Source of the DNA: Ranitomeya imitator
Lineage: Eukaryota
Assembly: GCF_032444005.1 (NCBI RefSeq)
Contig: NC_091285.1
Span: 38,378,001-38,442,000, forward strand
DNA: 64,000 bases
Reading direction: 5' to 3'
Part shown: piece after piece, positions 25,501 to 38,217 of the stretch
Layout: every line of letters begins with the position of its first letter
Position numbering within the stretch: the first letter of the stretch is position 1
The notes under the pieces: model-generated
The model's database searches: none
Told to the model about the DNA's origin: nothing
Seen by the model: only the letters and a program-made list of their open reading frames with translations
Translations under genes and position numbers: made by a program

Positions 25501-26026
25501 AACTATGTAAAGGGTATTGCCTGACATGTGTATCGGTTAGACATTGGTAACGTGTCAACCTCCCTGTACTCCAACTCGAAAAGACTACCTTCATTGTGAA
25601 GGAACCTAGCAACTTTAGAACTTTAGATGCTAAGGCCCCAACTCATAAAGTTGTCTATGCCAAAAACTTGGCTTTAAATGTCCCAAATATTTGACTTTTT
25701 TTCTCTCAGAGATTAAAACCATTGTATCATGGATATCAGAAGATAGTTGAGGTTGCCAAAGACCAGCCTTGGCTTTAAAAACCAATCCTAGGTCTCAATA
25801 AATTAGGAGACTCTTATTAGTCCAGGTTGCATCATCTATAGGCTGTCTGCTCTCAAATAATCAATGTATAATATTTCCTCTCATAGGCCGTCTTGATTCT
25901 GAAGTTCTCATGGCTTGGCTACAAGCTGGAGCAGCTGCTGTTGGTATACTCCTGTCTGTGTATCTGCTGGGGATTTATCTGTATAAAAGGCACAATAAAT
26001 GTGTTGTGTCCACATTGAATCCTTGA
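19562..26026 (+). CDS. zp4: Zona pellucida glycoprotein 4 (ZPB)-like, copy A; 12 exons, 545 aa
   Basis: Exons 19562-19745, 21129-21250, 21627-21723, 22390-22542, 23259-23449, 23566-23660, 23733-23860, 24105-24294, 24377-24524, 25149-25227, 25348-25458, 25887-26026. All are GT-AG and phase-consistent, totalling 1638 nt with no stops. Domains: signal peptide, 4-Cys ZP-N1 (NDSTCGTW), trefoil (6 Cys, GCCF), ZP-N/ZP-C ([34 protein letters not shown]), furin [17 protein letters not shown]-terminal TM. Confidence 0.93.
20452..20734. mobile_element. Harbinger MITE in ZP4-A intron 1
   Basis: TIRs GGGTATGTTTCCACGTTCAGG and CCTGAACGTGTACACATACCC, with TTA/TAA flanks. Confidence 0.75.
21399..21549. mobile_element. 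hAT-type palindromic MITE in ZP4-A intron 2
   Basis: TIRs CAGTGTTCCCCCAACTCCGGTCCT and AGGACCGGAGTTGGGGGACACTG. The 8-bp flanks do not match (degraded TSD). Confidence 0.7.
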
Positions 26027-29009
26027 ATAAAGCAGACTTTTCAGAAACTTGTTGCATGTCATTAATCAACTTCATATTTCTAGTCTCCTGTCTTATGCTT
26101 ACCCTATAAGCTTACAAACATGTCTGACTAGTCTCTGGTTTATCTAAGCAACTGACAAGACCTTCTTATGTGCTTTGGTACACACTCGACCACCCAAAGT
26201 GTACAAGCTTGTCTAAATGACTTGTGCATTTTAGGACATAACTCAAAATATGGAGTATTGTTTCAAGATCAATAACATCTAAGGTTGTTACCTTGATATA
26301 ATGCTATTCTCAATTATATCGTGCAATATACTTACAATTGCTCTTTTTGCCCTTATACCCATTCTATTCCATGATGTCCATCACATGACTAATTACATTA
26401 ATTTTATCCTTCCAAGTTTTACGTAGAAACAGTCTCTTCCCTGCATGAGTCGTCACAAATGCAATTTTTTTTTTGTTTTTTTTTTTTCCTTTGTCATTGG
26501 ATTTGTTTTAGAGGACTCATGCAGCAAAGAGACATAACATACTAGATGAATCGAAGGCCTATATAGAAACAGGATGATTTCAGTAATGACATGTCATAGA
26601 CCTAATAAAGATGAATTAAGGTAGAAAGGCAAAATAAGCAGTTGTAAGTACAGTGTAATAAAAAATTAAACACTAAATGGAGTGATACAATAAGTTAATT
26701 TTTGTGGCTCAAAGCAAATCAACTAGGAGTTTGCCACTTCCTTTCTGTACTGGGATATCATAAATTTAACGCTTAACCCAAGTGGGCTGGCTTTTTTTTT
26801 TTACCAGCTTTATGAATTGAGCAACTTGCCTAGCTAGAGGTCATGGGGCAAATGTAGCAAGGTCTGCTAATTAGATGGTGAAAACTAGAACTACAGTCTC
26901 ATAATTGGACAGCTTGACCAAACTACAGACATTCTGATAAATCTAATCCAAGACTGCCTGAAAAATGGCACCTTACTTAATACACCGTCACTTTCTTCAG
27001 GCTTCTTCCATTTAGTGGCAGCTTCTATCTTATATAATGGTGGATGTGCTCATCTGTCCAAAAGCTGGGATGGGTGACTCCAGAGCCATTTTATTGACCC
27101 TGTATGCAAATTCAGACAGTGTCTTCAAGACCATGGCGCTGGATATTGCAAGACGTGCATGCACTGACTCCTATGCCATTTTATTGAACAACTGTACCAC
27201 AACTTCAACATGGCAGTGTGCCGGCCATTATCCCAATGACCTTGACACGTACACTGCTAACTTGATGTTGTATTACATTTAATCAATATAATAGCACCAA
27301 GTCGACACATACACATACCGCAATCGACAACACAATCTTATTGACCCTTTGTAAATCTCACAAGCATGGTTGGAACACTTATCAGTAGAATTCTCTAAAA
27401 ATCAGATATTGGTGGAGTTACTATAGTCTTTACACAGGCTTCAAGCCCAATACTCACTTCCCTCTAGAATAAAGGGATTTGATGAATTTGGCAATGTTGG
27501 CTTCTATCTTAGAATAGTCGACCATGAGCAACTCGACACTGAACTGACAACTACTTTCCCTCTGAAGGAAGCAAATTCTAGGGAACTTGCATGTCTGCAT
27601 CTTTATGTCCCCATTATTAAAAAGCTAACGAACACTAGCTTGAAAACCTTATCATAGCTAGTCATTCAAAGAGATTCATATGCGGAACTGAAACTTCTGC
27701 TGATCTTGGCTGGGCCTCCCACTAGGTCCAATTCAACAAAGCTCAGGACGGGTATATGTAAAAAAAATTTTTTTGGTTGGTCTGTTTAAAATGACAGGAA
27801 GACACGGCAGGCAATGTTTTTGGACTGTTTCAAGCCCTCAAATACTTCAATTAAAAAAAAAAAAAAAAAAAAAAAAAACATGGTGTTTTGGTGCCTTGTC
27901 TTCCCTGAACTTTTATCCTGGCTTGGTCATAATTAATGTGATAAAAAATGGACCTTTTTCCAAAACATCTTTAAAGTCCAGTCTGTTCTCCCATCTCAAC
28001 ACTATCGGCAAAGTTTGTGTAGGTAAAATCGAGGCTTACCACATACTGTGTTACCAAAAATAAAGAGGGTACTAATCTGCTGATCAAAAAAAAAAAATCA
28101 CAATACTCAACACTTTTTGAAAACATAGCAAGTCCTAATCTCATAACGTAGGTTGTTAATGGATCCAATCTTAAGGTGCAGACTCACTTCTAATCTGGGA
28201 CTGTTCCACCAGGATTAGATTGAGACCCATTCTCATGGGATCGGCCTCTCTGCCTTCCTTTACAGAACTTGGCAGCTTTAGGAGTGCGTCTATCCTGGCT
28301 CAAATACTTCCAGCTCAGGTTACATATAAATTCTCACAACTCTGACTAGTTTAAGGTTTCACACGGAGTTCATCCAATAATCACTAAACTTCTATCCTGT
28401 ATATACAAAGGGACACCTGCAATGATCCTTTACTGGGGCTTGGGAAAAAGAATTGGGTCATCAGATTTTTGGCAAAAAAACATTCATGTGTTCCCACAAA
28501 TCAACATTTACTTTTTATGCTGAGGATAGACTAGAATTGTCGGTAATAGAATGTCGTGGAAGATGTGGTCTCACCTGGAGCGCTGGTTCCCATTCTTTCT
28601 CTTCTTGCCCTTCTTTACATTACTCTAGGGAGCACACAATAATTTGCCTCGTGTAAGAGCTTACATTAATGCCTCCTAAAGCTGGTTATACTTTATTCTA
28701 ATGTTTAACGATAGCTTATTAACAGTCAACTATTTTTTTATTGAACAGAATTGCAATGTTCAGTCTTCATGTTGAAACGCAAATAAAAATATTTAAAGAA
28801 AAGTGTGGGTACGCCGGGGTTTAAAAGGTGCCGTATGCACGTATCCTTAGTTTACACTGCGTAAGAATTAGACCGTTTCGATTAATGTGCATAACCGTCT
28901 CTAAATATCGCAATTCTAGAATTTACTGTTGCTGTCTATCCCCAAGTGTGTGCCCCTGCCAGAGACACTTCCTGCCAATTTTATCCATAGCCATGTCATG
29001 TACTTTTCA

Positions 29010-29232
29010 CAATTATATCATATTCCTCAGGGCTTAACAGACATCATCACTGTCTCCGTTGGGGCTCACAAACTAAACCCTATCACTATGTCTTTGGAAT
29101 TTGGAAAGAAACTGGAGAACCCGGAAGAAACCCACGCAAACACTGGGAGCACATACAAACTCCTTGCACATATTCTCCTTGGTGAGATCTGAACCCTGAA
29201 GTAACAGTGCTAATCACTGAGCCACCATGCCT
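29010..29232 (-). mobile_element. Degenerate V-SINE copy
   Basis: Reverse complement matches the 11773-12047 SINE (GAGAACCCGGAAGAAACCCACGCAAAC, GTGCTAATCACTGAGCCACC). Confidence 0.75.
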
Positions 29233-30618
29233 GCTGTCAGTTCCTGCTTTTAACTATTGCTGCCTCCTTTTCTTTATCTGACATACACTGCACCATCAAG
29301 CCTCTGGGAAACAGGATTTCCATGGATGATCTTCCCCATACAGTCATGGGTTCATCATTTGGTCAAGACCAGACTCCTGTGCTCCTTTACACTCTGGCAC
29401 TGTAACGAGAAAATGTAGAATTGAGCCCTTTGTAAACTTTATTAATTTTATATGTGCCGGCTGCTATCCCCTATTGTTTTGCTGTTTCCGGTTTAAAGAG
29501 GACCTATCTCCAGGTCAAAAGTGGCACGTTTGACTCTTATTTAATTGCCACTGCTCCCCTGAGTTTTATTTTTTTTGCTGTATGGTATCAGACATGTTTT
29601 AGTGCTAATTTACATGGACTTTTCCAAGGGGGCAGTGCCTACAGTGTAATAATGCAAAGCAGCTTAAAACACACCTCAGAGGATCCTTGGTAAATACCAT
29701 AAAAATTAGCGCGAAAGAAAAGTCCGCTATCTCTGGAACAATATAGCAGATTTAAGGAAAACAAAAAAATGTATATTTGTAGAAACTGCAAAAACAACAG
29801 ATTAACCGCACAGGTATCAATAAAGTTTTGTCAAATACTGTGAAATAACCAAAAAAAGCAAGATGTGCCAAAAAGAGACAAAACATGCAATAGAAAAAAA
29901 AGCAAGTAGCCTAGGGTACCTAATAGGTGCAAAAAAAATCTGCATCCAAAACTGACCAAATAGTCAACCCAATGCAAAGTCAATGGGAATTTTTTTATTT
30001 TATTTTTTTCTCTCTCTCGCTCTCCCTCCCTCCCTCTCTCCCTCTCTCTCTCCCATCCGTCCCTGAAGAGAAAAGCTGGTGTTACACATTGCAAATCGCT
30101 ACTGCGCACAATCGACAAGATGACGCTAGGCGTCCACGCCCCTAAGACCTATGTCATCACTCTGCCCACGCTCCTTCATTGGCTGAAAAAATGGCACCAA
30201 GCGCGTCATACGAAACGCGACTTTGGCGCAAAAGTTGCGTACCGCATGGCCGACCCCACACAGGGATCGGGTCGGGTTTCATGAAACCCGACTTTGCCAA
30301 AAGTCGGCGACTTTTGAAAATGAACGATCCGTTTCGCTCAACCCTAGTCTCCACTGCTGTCTGCATTCATTTATTCTCCGCCATCAGCTTCTGCTACTAA
30401 TCCGCTATGTTTCTTGGTGCTCCTCTTTTGCCCCCCGAGCAAAATTGTGGTATCTTTTTCTAGTGGAAACTGCTTTTTTTGTGGAGTTTTTGAGTTCACT
30501 AAAACAGTTTGGAAGAGTTTTTTTTCCCAGAAGTTTTTTTGGGAGAGTTTATTTTTTACCCCAAAGTGTTTTTGCCAGAAAACAGGGGCAAGTCAGAACA
30601 TTTTTGCACAATTTGGAG

Positions 30619-30857
30619 TTATTATTATTATTATTTATTGTTATAGCGCCATTTATTCCATGGCGCTTTACATGTGAGGAGGGGTATACATAATAAAAAC
30701 AAGTACAATAATCTTAAACAATACAAGTCATAACTGGTACAGGAGGAGTGAGGACCCTGCCCGCGAACGCTCACAATCTACAAGGGATGGGTGAGGATAC
30801 AGTAGGCGAGGATAGAGTTGGTCATGCAGCGGTTTGGTCGATCGGTGGTTGCTGCAG
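30619..30857 (-). mobile_element. 5'-truncated L2 3'-end fragment
   Basis: Reverse complement ends GTAAAGCGCCATGGAATAAATGGCGCTATAACAATAAATAATAATAA, homologous to the L2 tail at 17670-17720. Confidence 0.75.
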
Positions 30858-31180
30858 TTGCGCAAAAATGTAACTTTTAGCATTTGAAGCAGCTAAGGAG
30901 GAGCCGTGGTGGGATAGAGCAGGCCGGAGCGAGCCGTCCCCTCCCCCCCACAGACGGCGTACGTGCAGGCCGTCATGACAGGGGTTTGGAGAGGGAGGAT
31001 AGAAGGGGTGGGAACATGTTTTAGGGGAGGAGGATAGTATGCATTGGGGGGGTTTATAGGGCTAGGTAGGGGGTGGGGTTGGCCAGTTCCCACTCTGGAG
31101 GCCAATAGTGAGTTCCCGCCTGCCCGCCCTGTTTTTACCGTTTTTCTCTTTTGGAGCATTTTTTGCAGCTAAGTTGCTCC

Positions 31181-31781
31181 CGATGGGGAGGGCTTTTTCA
31201 AATAGGCTGGCCGGTGCGAGCATAAGGCTGATTTGGAGGTGTGGGACAGTTTTTTGGCACGGTACAATGGCCGTTCATTGTTGATGGAGGACGTAGTCGG
31301 CAACGCTGATTTGGACTTGTTTACTGATGCTTCAGGCGGCGTTGGTTTTGGCGCCTTTTTTGGTGGCAGGTGGTGTGCTACTAGGTGGCCGGACGAGTGG
31401 TTCGCGTCCGGGTTGGTGAAGAACGTCACTTTGTTGGAAATCTTTCCTATCCTGGTTGCAGTCTACTTGTGGAAGGAGGATTTGCGCAATCTGAGGGTTC
31501 GTTTTAATTGTGACAATATGGCGGTTGTGTGTGTCATAAACGGTTTGACGGCCTCTTCTCCTCCGGTTATCAGGGTTCTCCGTCAGTTGGTGTTGTTCTG
31601 CATGTCTATCAATGTGTACATTACGGCGACTCATGTACCCGGAGTGGAGAATTCTGTGGCTGACTCTTTGTCTCGATTTCAGTGGGAACGGTTTCGGTCT
31701 CTGGCCCCCGACGCGGAGGAGACGGGTCTGGACTGCCTGCCTGAGCTTTGGAATGTGGTATCCAGGCTGCAGGACCTTTGA
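31181..31781 (+). pseudogene. Ngaro pol C-terminus (RNase H domain); RT deleted
   Basis: LFTDASGGVGFGAFFGGRW...LLEIFPILVA...FNCDNMAVV...HVPGVENSVADSLSRFQW (DIRS-type RNase H D-E-D-D motifs). Confidence 0.85.
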
Positions 31782-32633
31782 TTCGCGCGTCTTTGGTGCC
31801 CAGCACGTGGTCGGCGTATCGGTCGGTATGGTGTGATTGGGAATCTTGGATGGCGTCCTGTGGGGCTACTAACGGGGGCGAGGATCAACTGGGCGCTTTG
31901 TTGTTGTGGTTAAGACGCGGCGCGGAAGAAGGGTGGTCGGCTTCAAAGGTTGATAGAGTTCGGGCGGCTTTGGCTTTCGGTTTTCAGCTTCGAGGATTGC
32001 AGGATTTGACGAAGTTGTTTTTGGTACAGCAGGCGATAAAAGGTTTTCGTAGAAAGGCGGGGCGAGGTGATCTTCGGCGCCCAGTCTCTTTTGGTGTGTT
32101 GGAGCAGGTGGGCATGCGTTTGAGGGACATTTGTTTATCCAATTTTGAGATGGCTCTCTTTTGTTTAGCCTTTTCCCTGGCGTTTTTTGGGGCCTTAAGG
32201 GTTGGGGAGTTGGTGTCTCCCATCACGTTTAGGCGAGGGGGGCTCTGTGGTGCTTATTGGGAGTTGTTTACATTTCTGGATACGTCGGTCTAAGACTGAC
32301 CAGGTGGGAAAAGGTAAACGGGTTGAGTTGGGCTCGGTCAGTGGTTCGCTCATGTGCCCTGTTCGTTGTTTTCAGGCGTTTACTAGCCTGCGGCCGGTTT
32401 TGGATGGTCCTTTGTTGTGTCACGAGGATGGTTCCTTTTTATCCAAATTTCAGTTTGTTGCTGTTTTTCGAAAAGCTTTGTCGGAGTTGGGTTTGGACGC
32501 TTCTCGTTTTGCGTCGCACTCATTTCGTATTGGGGCCGCGACTGAAGCGGCTCTGGGGGGATTGACCCCTGAAGTGATTCAGAGGATAGGGAGATGGGAG
32601 TCTGGGCATTACTAGAGCTTTGTTAGACCATGA
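31748..32633 (+). pseudogene. Tyrosine recombinase, frameshifted and prematurely stopped
   Basis: AFFGALRVGELV in the first frame, then SHSFRIGAAT and IQRIGRWES in the second. A TAG at 32613-32615 precedes SFVRP, where the catalytic Tyr would be expected. Confidence 0.85.
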
Positions 32634-33417
32634 AGGCCTTGCGTTTGTTTTTATCGTACGCCTGTATTTTGTCGTGTCATTGTTTTGGATTTTAAGTTGT
32701 TTGTATTTTCTAGGTCGAACCCTCATGTTGGTTTGGATCATCGGCCACTCTTTCATCTATTGGGGCGCAAGGCGAGCGGATGTTCGGCGGGACGGACGTC
32801 AACTCGGTTTTTCAAGGGACGTGGCCGTGATCTGGTGGCTGGGTTTTAGGAGTTTGTGTTGGAGTGGCGTTATGCAAGAAGTGCACAAGGGTATTAGGTT
32901 GGACAGAACTCCTGACATTTTAGTTTTTCACGTGGGGGGCAACGATTTGGGGGTTCGCCCTTGCCGCGAATTGATCCGGGATATAAAACACGATCTGCTG
33001 AGGCTGTGGGTATCTTTCCGGGATTTGTTAGTTGTGTGGTCAGATATCGTCCCGAGGAGGTGCTGGCGACACGCCAGATCTGTGGAAAGGATCGACAAAG
33101 CTAGAATTAAGGTGAATTGGGCTATATCTAGTTTTGTCGTTAGAAACGGTGGTCTGTTCATCCGTCATTTTGAATTGGAAAAAGGGGGAGATGAATTTCT
33201 CCTGGGAGATGGTGTTCATTTGAATGCGGTGGGCATCAATTTGTGGGCTCTCGGTTTGCAGAGCGGTATTGAAAGGGCCATAGCGGTCAAGTTTGGGGGG
33301 CCTCAGGTACTTAAGGTGTTCAAGTACCTCTCGTTGTGGCGGTGGGAGGGGTCCTTGGAGTTGGTACTAAATTGGCCTGGGGGATCCGTCGGGATACGGA
33401 TTCTTCAGTTGGTGTAA
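32620..33417 (+). CDS. SGNH/GDSL-type hydrolase ORF of the Ngaro element (real start probably near 32724)
   Basis: Block I IGHSF, block III HVGGND, block V GDGVHLN. No internal stops; the ORF runs into repeat B1. Confidence 0.8.
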   Translation: MLDHEGLAFVFIVRLYFVVSLFWILSCLYFLGRTLMLVWIIGHSFIYWGARRADVRRDGRQLGFSRDVAVIWWLGFRSLCWSGVMQEVHKGIRLDRTPDILVFHVGGNDLGVRPCRELIRDIKHDLLRLWVSFRDLLVVWSDIVPRRCWRHARSVERIDKARIKVNWAISSFVVRNGGLFIRHFELEKGGDEFLLGDGVHLNAVGINLWALGLQSGIERAIAVKFGGPQVLKVFKYLSLWRWEGSLELVLNWPGGSVGIRILQLV

Positions 33418-35136
33418 AGTTGGTTTCGGGTCTGGTGGTTTGAGGGGATCTTGGCAACGGTGGGCCAGATTCCCAGGTGTTAGGTGGACAATGGTAGCCC
33501 TTCGGGGTATTTTGGTGCTCCCGAGCCAGGTGGTTATGGCTGGGAGTAAATTATGGTCTGGTTTTTCTGTCCACTCTATATATTATGTTTTACCACCAGT
33601 TTGGAGCTTCAAGGACCTCCCCACGTTACTTTACCGTTAATGTTTGTATGTTTATAATAAAGGCCACTGTCGCCAATTATTATCCAAGTTTTGAATCCTG
33701 TCTTTATTGGGGTTTATTTGGGTACTTGGGAGGGGGCCTGAAGATGGGAGGATCCAACTAAGCACTCGAACAATACCAATGTCAAGAGCAGGCCGGAGCG
33801 AGCCGTCCCCTCCCCCCCACAGACGGCGTACGTGCAGGCCGTCATGACAGGGGTTTGGAGAGGGAGGATAGAAGGGGTGGGAACATGTTTTAGGGGAGGG
33901 GGATAGTATGCATTAGGGGGGGTTTATAGGGTTAGGTAGGGGGTGGGGTTGGCCAGTTCTCGCTCTGGAGGCAAATAGTGAGTTCCCGCACGCCCGCCCG
34001 CCCTGTTTTTTCCGTTTTTCTCTTTTGGAGTGTTTTTTTGCGGCTAAGTTGCTCCGGGTCATGGTGGCTGGTAGCGGTGGGAGGGGTCCTTGGAGTTGGT
34101 ACTAAATTGGCCTGGGGGATCCATCGGGATACGGATTCTTCAGTTGGTATAAAGTTGGTTTCGGGTCAGGTGGTTTGGGGGGATCTTGGCAACGGTGGGC
34201 CGGATTCCCAGGTGTTAGGTGGACAATGGTAGCCCTTAGGGGTATTTTGGTGCTCCCGAGCCAGGTGGTTGCGGCTGGGAGTAAATTATGGTCTGGTTTT
34301 TCTGTCCACTCTATATATTATGTTTTACCACCAGTTTGGAGCTTCAAGGACCTCCCCACGTTACTTTACCGTTAATGTTTGTATGTTTATAATAAAGGCC
34401 ACTGTGGCCAATTATTATCCAAGTTTTGAATCCTGTCTTTATTGGGGTTTATTTGGGTACCTGGGAGGGGGCCTGAAGATGGGAGGATCCGACTAAGCTA
34501 TTGAACAATACCAATGTCAGGGGCATGGCTATGCTCACTCATCAAATTCAGTGCTGGCATTTTGGACTCCAGAAATGGTATTCCAGTCTCTAACTGGAGT
34601 GACATTTCTGGCGAAACTCACAGAGGCGTACACCACTAATAAGATGCGCCAAAAAGTGAGTTTTTCCTTTTCTAAAGCTTTTTGCGTTCCAGGAGTGTTT
34701 TCGAGAGTTTATTTTCTGAAGTATTTTGCAGCCCCTTGGACCATGCCTAGTTTGGAGAGGTGCTCAATTTTTTTCCAAACAAAATTTTTCCCAAATCTGA
34801 AGCAGAATAAAAAAACGCAGAAGGAATTAAACATGTGGACAACAAGGCCATTTTGCAATAAAAATTAATTTAAGTTTCTTTCAAGCATATTTTTGACTGA
34901 TTTTTCAGAAGCTTCTTGAATCTGGTCAAGAAAAAAAAAAAAAAAAAAAAAACTCCAAAAACTTAATCTGCTTATACCGTTAGAGAGGAGGAAGGAAGGA
35001 TTGGCATGGGAAAAGCTACTGGGAGCAAACTGAAAAGCATTATGTAGCTAGGAGACTCCAGAGGTTCCCTGGGGTTTCAGAATAGTCACTCCGTACAATG
35101 TGTAGGATGACCGAGAAAAATTAGGGAAGGAAACTA

Positions 35137-35529
35137 GGCTGTGTGCACACGATGCGGAATTGGTGCAGATCCGCAGCTGATTTTTCCGCTCAGAAACGTT
35201 GCAGTTCCGCACAGTGATTTACAGTACAATGTAAATCAATAGGGTAAAAAAAGCTGTGCTAATGGTGCCGAAAAATCCGCACTGAATCCGCTGCGGATTG
35301 AAAAGAAGTGCATGTCACTTCTTTTGTGTGGAACTGCAGCGTTTCTGCACCCTTCCATTATAGAAATCCGCAGGGGTAAAAACCACAGAAAATTTGCACA
35401 AAATCCGCATTAATTCTGCATCAAAACTGCACAAAATCCACGGCAAATCCGCACCTGTTGTTTCTGCCAGGAGATGGGGATTTTGTGTGGAAAATTCTGC
35501 ACCCCAATCCGCAACGTGTGCACATAGCC
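35137..35529. mobile_element. Harbinger MITE
   Basis: TIRs GGCTGTGTGCACACG and CGTGTGCACATAGCC. Confidence 0.75.
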
Positions 35530-35859
35530 TACGGCTTTCCTAGCTAGGACACAGGGGAAAAAGTGCTGGAACAAGACTTCCTTTTGCCAAAGATTGAGGA
35601 AGAGGTGTGTGTGTGCACTAAGTGTAGTCACGAATGTAACTGGAGTGACACCATTCATAGGCTTATTCCTTTTAGTAAATCTTCATCCACATCTTCGGTT
35701 TCTTATCAAAATAAAAAATCTGCTCTTTTCTCTGGGGCTGTTCTTGGTGTCCGGTATGGGCTGCAGTTCTTATGTCACATTGAGCTCAGTGGCTCTGAGC
35801 GAGCGGTAAATCTACACTAGCAGAGCCATCTGAGTGGCTGTCAATACTGTAAGCAGAGG

Positions 35860-38217
35860 GAACTTTTCAGAATATTTTCCCACGCTCAAGTTCATATGAG
35901 GACAACCAGCAGAGGGCGCATCACCGCAACTGAAGGTAACTACAGGTCATTGACCTACATTACCTTCATTCCCCGGGTTTTTACAGGCAGAGGCGGCTGC
36001 ATTAGCAGGCTTCTGCTTGTAAAATTAGTTAACCCTTTCAGATGGATTTACAGCGTGGGACGAGACTGAACGACGGACGGTATGGAATATTGTTGTTTGT
36101 TTTGTTTAAATTTGTTACAGGTGACAAGGGTCTTCAGGTGGATTACCAGTATAATAAAATATTACAACAACCTGTGTATTTATTTCATTAAAATACTTTG
36201 TAATAATGTGTTTTTTTTAACCATTTCATACTATTGGATTAATAATTGACGCCTCTCCATTATTAATCTGGCTTAATGTCACCTTACAATAACAAGGTGA
36301 CATTAACCCTTCATTACCCCATATCCCACAGCTACAGGGGAGTGGGAAGAGAGTGGCCAAGTGCCAGAATAGGCCCATCTTCCAGATGTGCCTTTTCTGG
36401 GGTGGCTGGGGGCAGATGTTTTTAGCCAGGGGGGGGGGGGGGGGCAATAACCATGGACCCGCTCCAGGCTATTAATATCTGCACTCAGTCACTGGCTTTA
36501 CCACTCTGGCAAAGAAAATTGCGCGGGAGCCCACGACAAATTTTTCTGCGATTTAACCCTTTATTTTAATAGCTATTGCCACCAAATTTAACATACAGAC
36601 ACTTCTTCCATTACTAAATAGAAATACGTAATAAAAGAAAGGATATGAGATGGTTTACTGTATGTAAACCATGTCTCATATCGTGTAGGGTTTCAGAAGG
36701 AGATAGGAAAAGCCAGCAATTGGATTTTACAGCCAGGAGCTCTGCTAATGGAGCGGTGCTCGTGGCTGCAAAACCCCGGGGAATGAAGGTAAAGTAGGTC
36801 AATGACCTATATTTACCTTCATTCGCGGTGAGGCGCCCTCTGCTGGTTGTTCCTCGAGCGTGGGAACTTTCCTAGAAAGCTCCCAGCCTCAAGTTCATAT
36901 GAGGACAACCAGCAGAGGGCGCCTCACCGCGGATGAAGGTAAATATAGGTCATTGACCTACTTTACCTTCATTCCCCGGGGTTTTGCAGCCACGAGCACC
37001 GCTGCATTAGCAGAGCTCCTGGCTGTAAAATATTTTAACCCCTTCAGATGGATTTACATCGTGGGACGTTACAGATCTTCGGAAGGTATGTATATTGTTG
37101 GTTTATTATTTTTTCTTTGTTAAAGAGCGAGGGTCTTCAGATGGATTGAGCGTAGAATAAAATATTACAACAACCTTTGTTTTTATTTCATTAAAATACT
37201 TTTAAATAATGTCTTTGTGTTTTTTTATCCCTTTACTACTATTGGATTAATAATGGATAGGTGTCATAATTGACGCCTCTCCATTATTAATTTGGCTTAA
37301 TGTCACCTTACAATAGAAAGGTGGCATTAACCCTTCATTACCCCATATCCCACCGCTACACGGGAATGGGAAGAGAGTGGCCAAGTGCCAGAATAGGCGC
37401 ATCTTCCAGATGTGCCTTTTCTGGGGTGGCTGGGGGGCAGATATTTTTAGCCAGGGGGGGGGCCAATAACCGTGGACCGTCTCCAGGCTATTAATATCTG
37501 CCCTCAGTCACTGGCTTTACTACTCTGGCAGAGAAAATTGCGCGGGAGCCCACGCCAATTTTTTCCGCCATTGAACCCTTTAATTTAATAGCTAGAACGG
37601 CCAAATTTTGCACATACACACTACTGACATTAGTAGTGTGGAATATGCAAAAAAAAAAGGGGATATGACATGGTTTACTGTATGTAAACCATGTCTCATA
37701 TCATGTCGGGTTTAGGAAGGAGATAGCAAAAGCCGGCAATTGAATTACTGGCTTTAAAGCTATCTCGCGCTGTATGAAATAATAATATATATACATATAT
37801 GTGTCTCACTGACATATATATATATATATATATATATACCTATTCTATGTGTACACATTTATTCTACCTATTCTTCTGTAAGCTGTCAGTGTGATTTTAC
37901 TGTACACCGCAATGAATTACCGGCTTTTCTCTCTAACACCGCTGCGTATTTCTCGCAAGTCACACTGCTGGTCCGTGTGTAATCCGTATTTTTCTGGCTT
38001 CCATAGACTTTCATTGGCGATTTTTTTGCGCAATACGGTGACAAACGCAGCATGCTGCTATTTTCTACGGCCGTACAAAGCCGTATAATACGGATCAGTA
38101 AACTACGGCAGATAGGAGCAGGGGCATAGAGAATAATTGGGCCATGTGTAATGCGTGTTTTACGGATGTATTTTATGCGCTCATATGTCCGTAAAACTCG
38201 CTAGTGTGACACCGGCC
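35860..38217 (+). mobile_element. Rearranged/tandem partial copies of the long palindromic Harbinger non-autonomous family
   Basis: Homologous to 52695-54496. First partial copy about 35860-36725. Second copy has a hairpin centre (about 36728-37030) and runs to right TIR CTAGTGTGACACCGGCC followed by TAA. Confidence 0.75.

Larger units (their letters stand above)
30916..34519 (+). mobile_element. Ngaro-type tyrosine-recombinase (DIRS order) retrotransposon, internally deleted
   Basis: Split direct repeats in the order A1 (30916-31180), ORFs, B1 (33339-33784), A2 (33785-34055+), B2 (34074-34519). RNase H, YR and SGNH coding regions are present. Gag and RT are absent (A1 is fused directly to the end of pol). 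Confidence 0.9.

Noticed and set aside
26900-28400. Possible decayed LINE or small gene between ZP4-A and the Ngaro element (ORF 27037-27282)
   Set aside because: No diagnostic motifs or splice pattern could be supported by eye.
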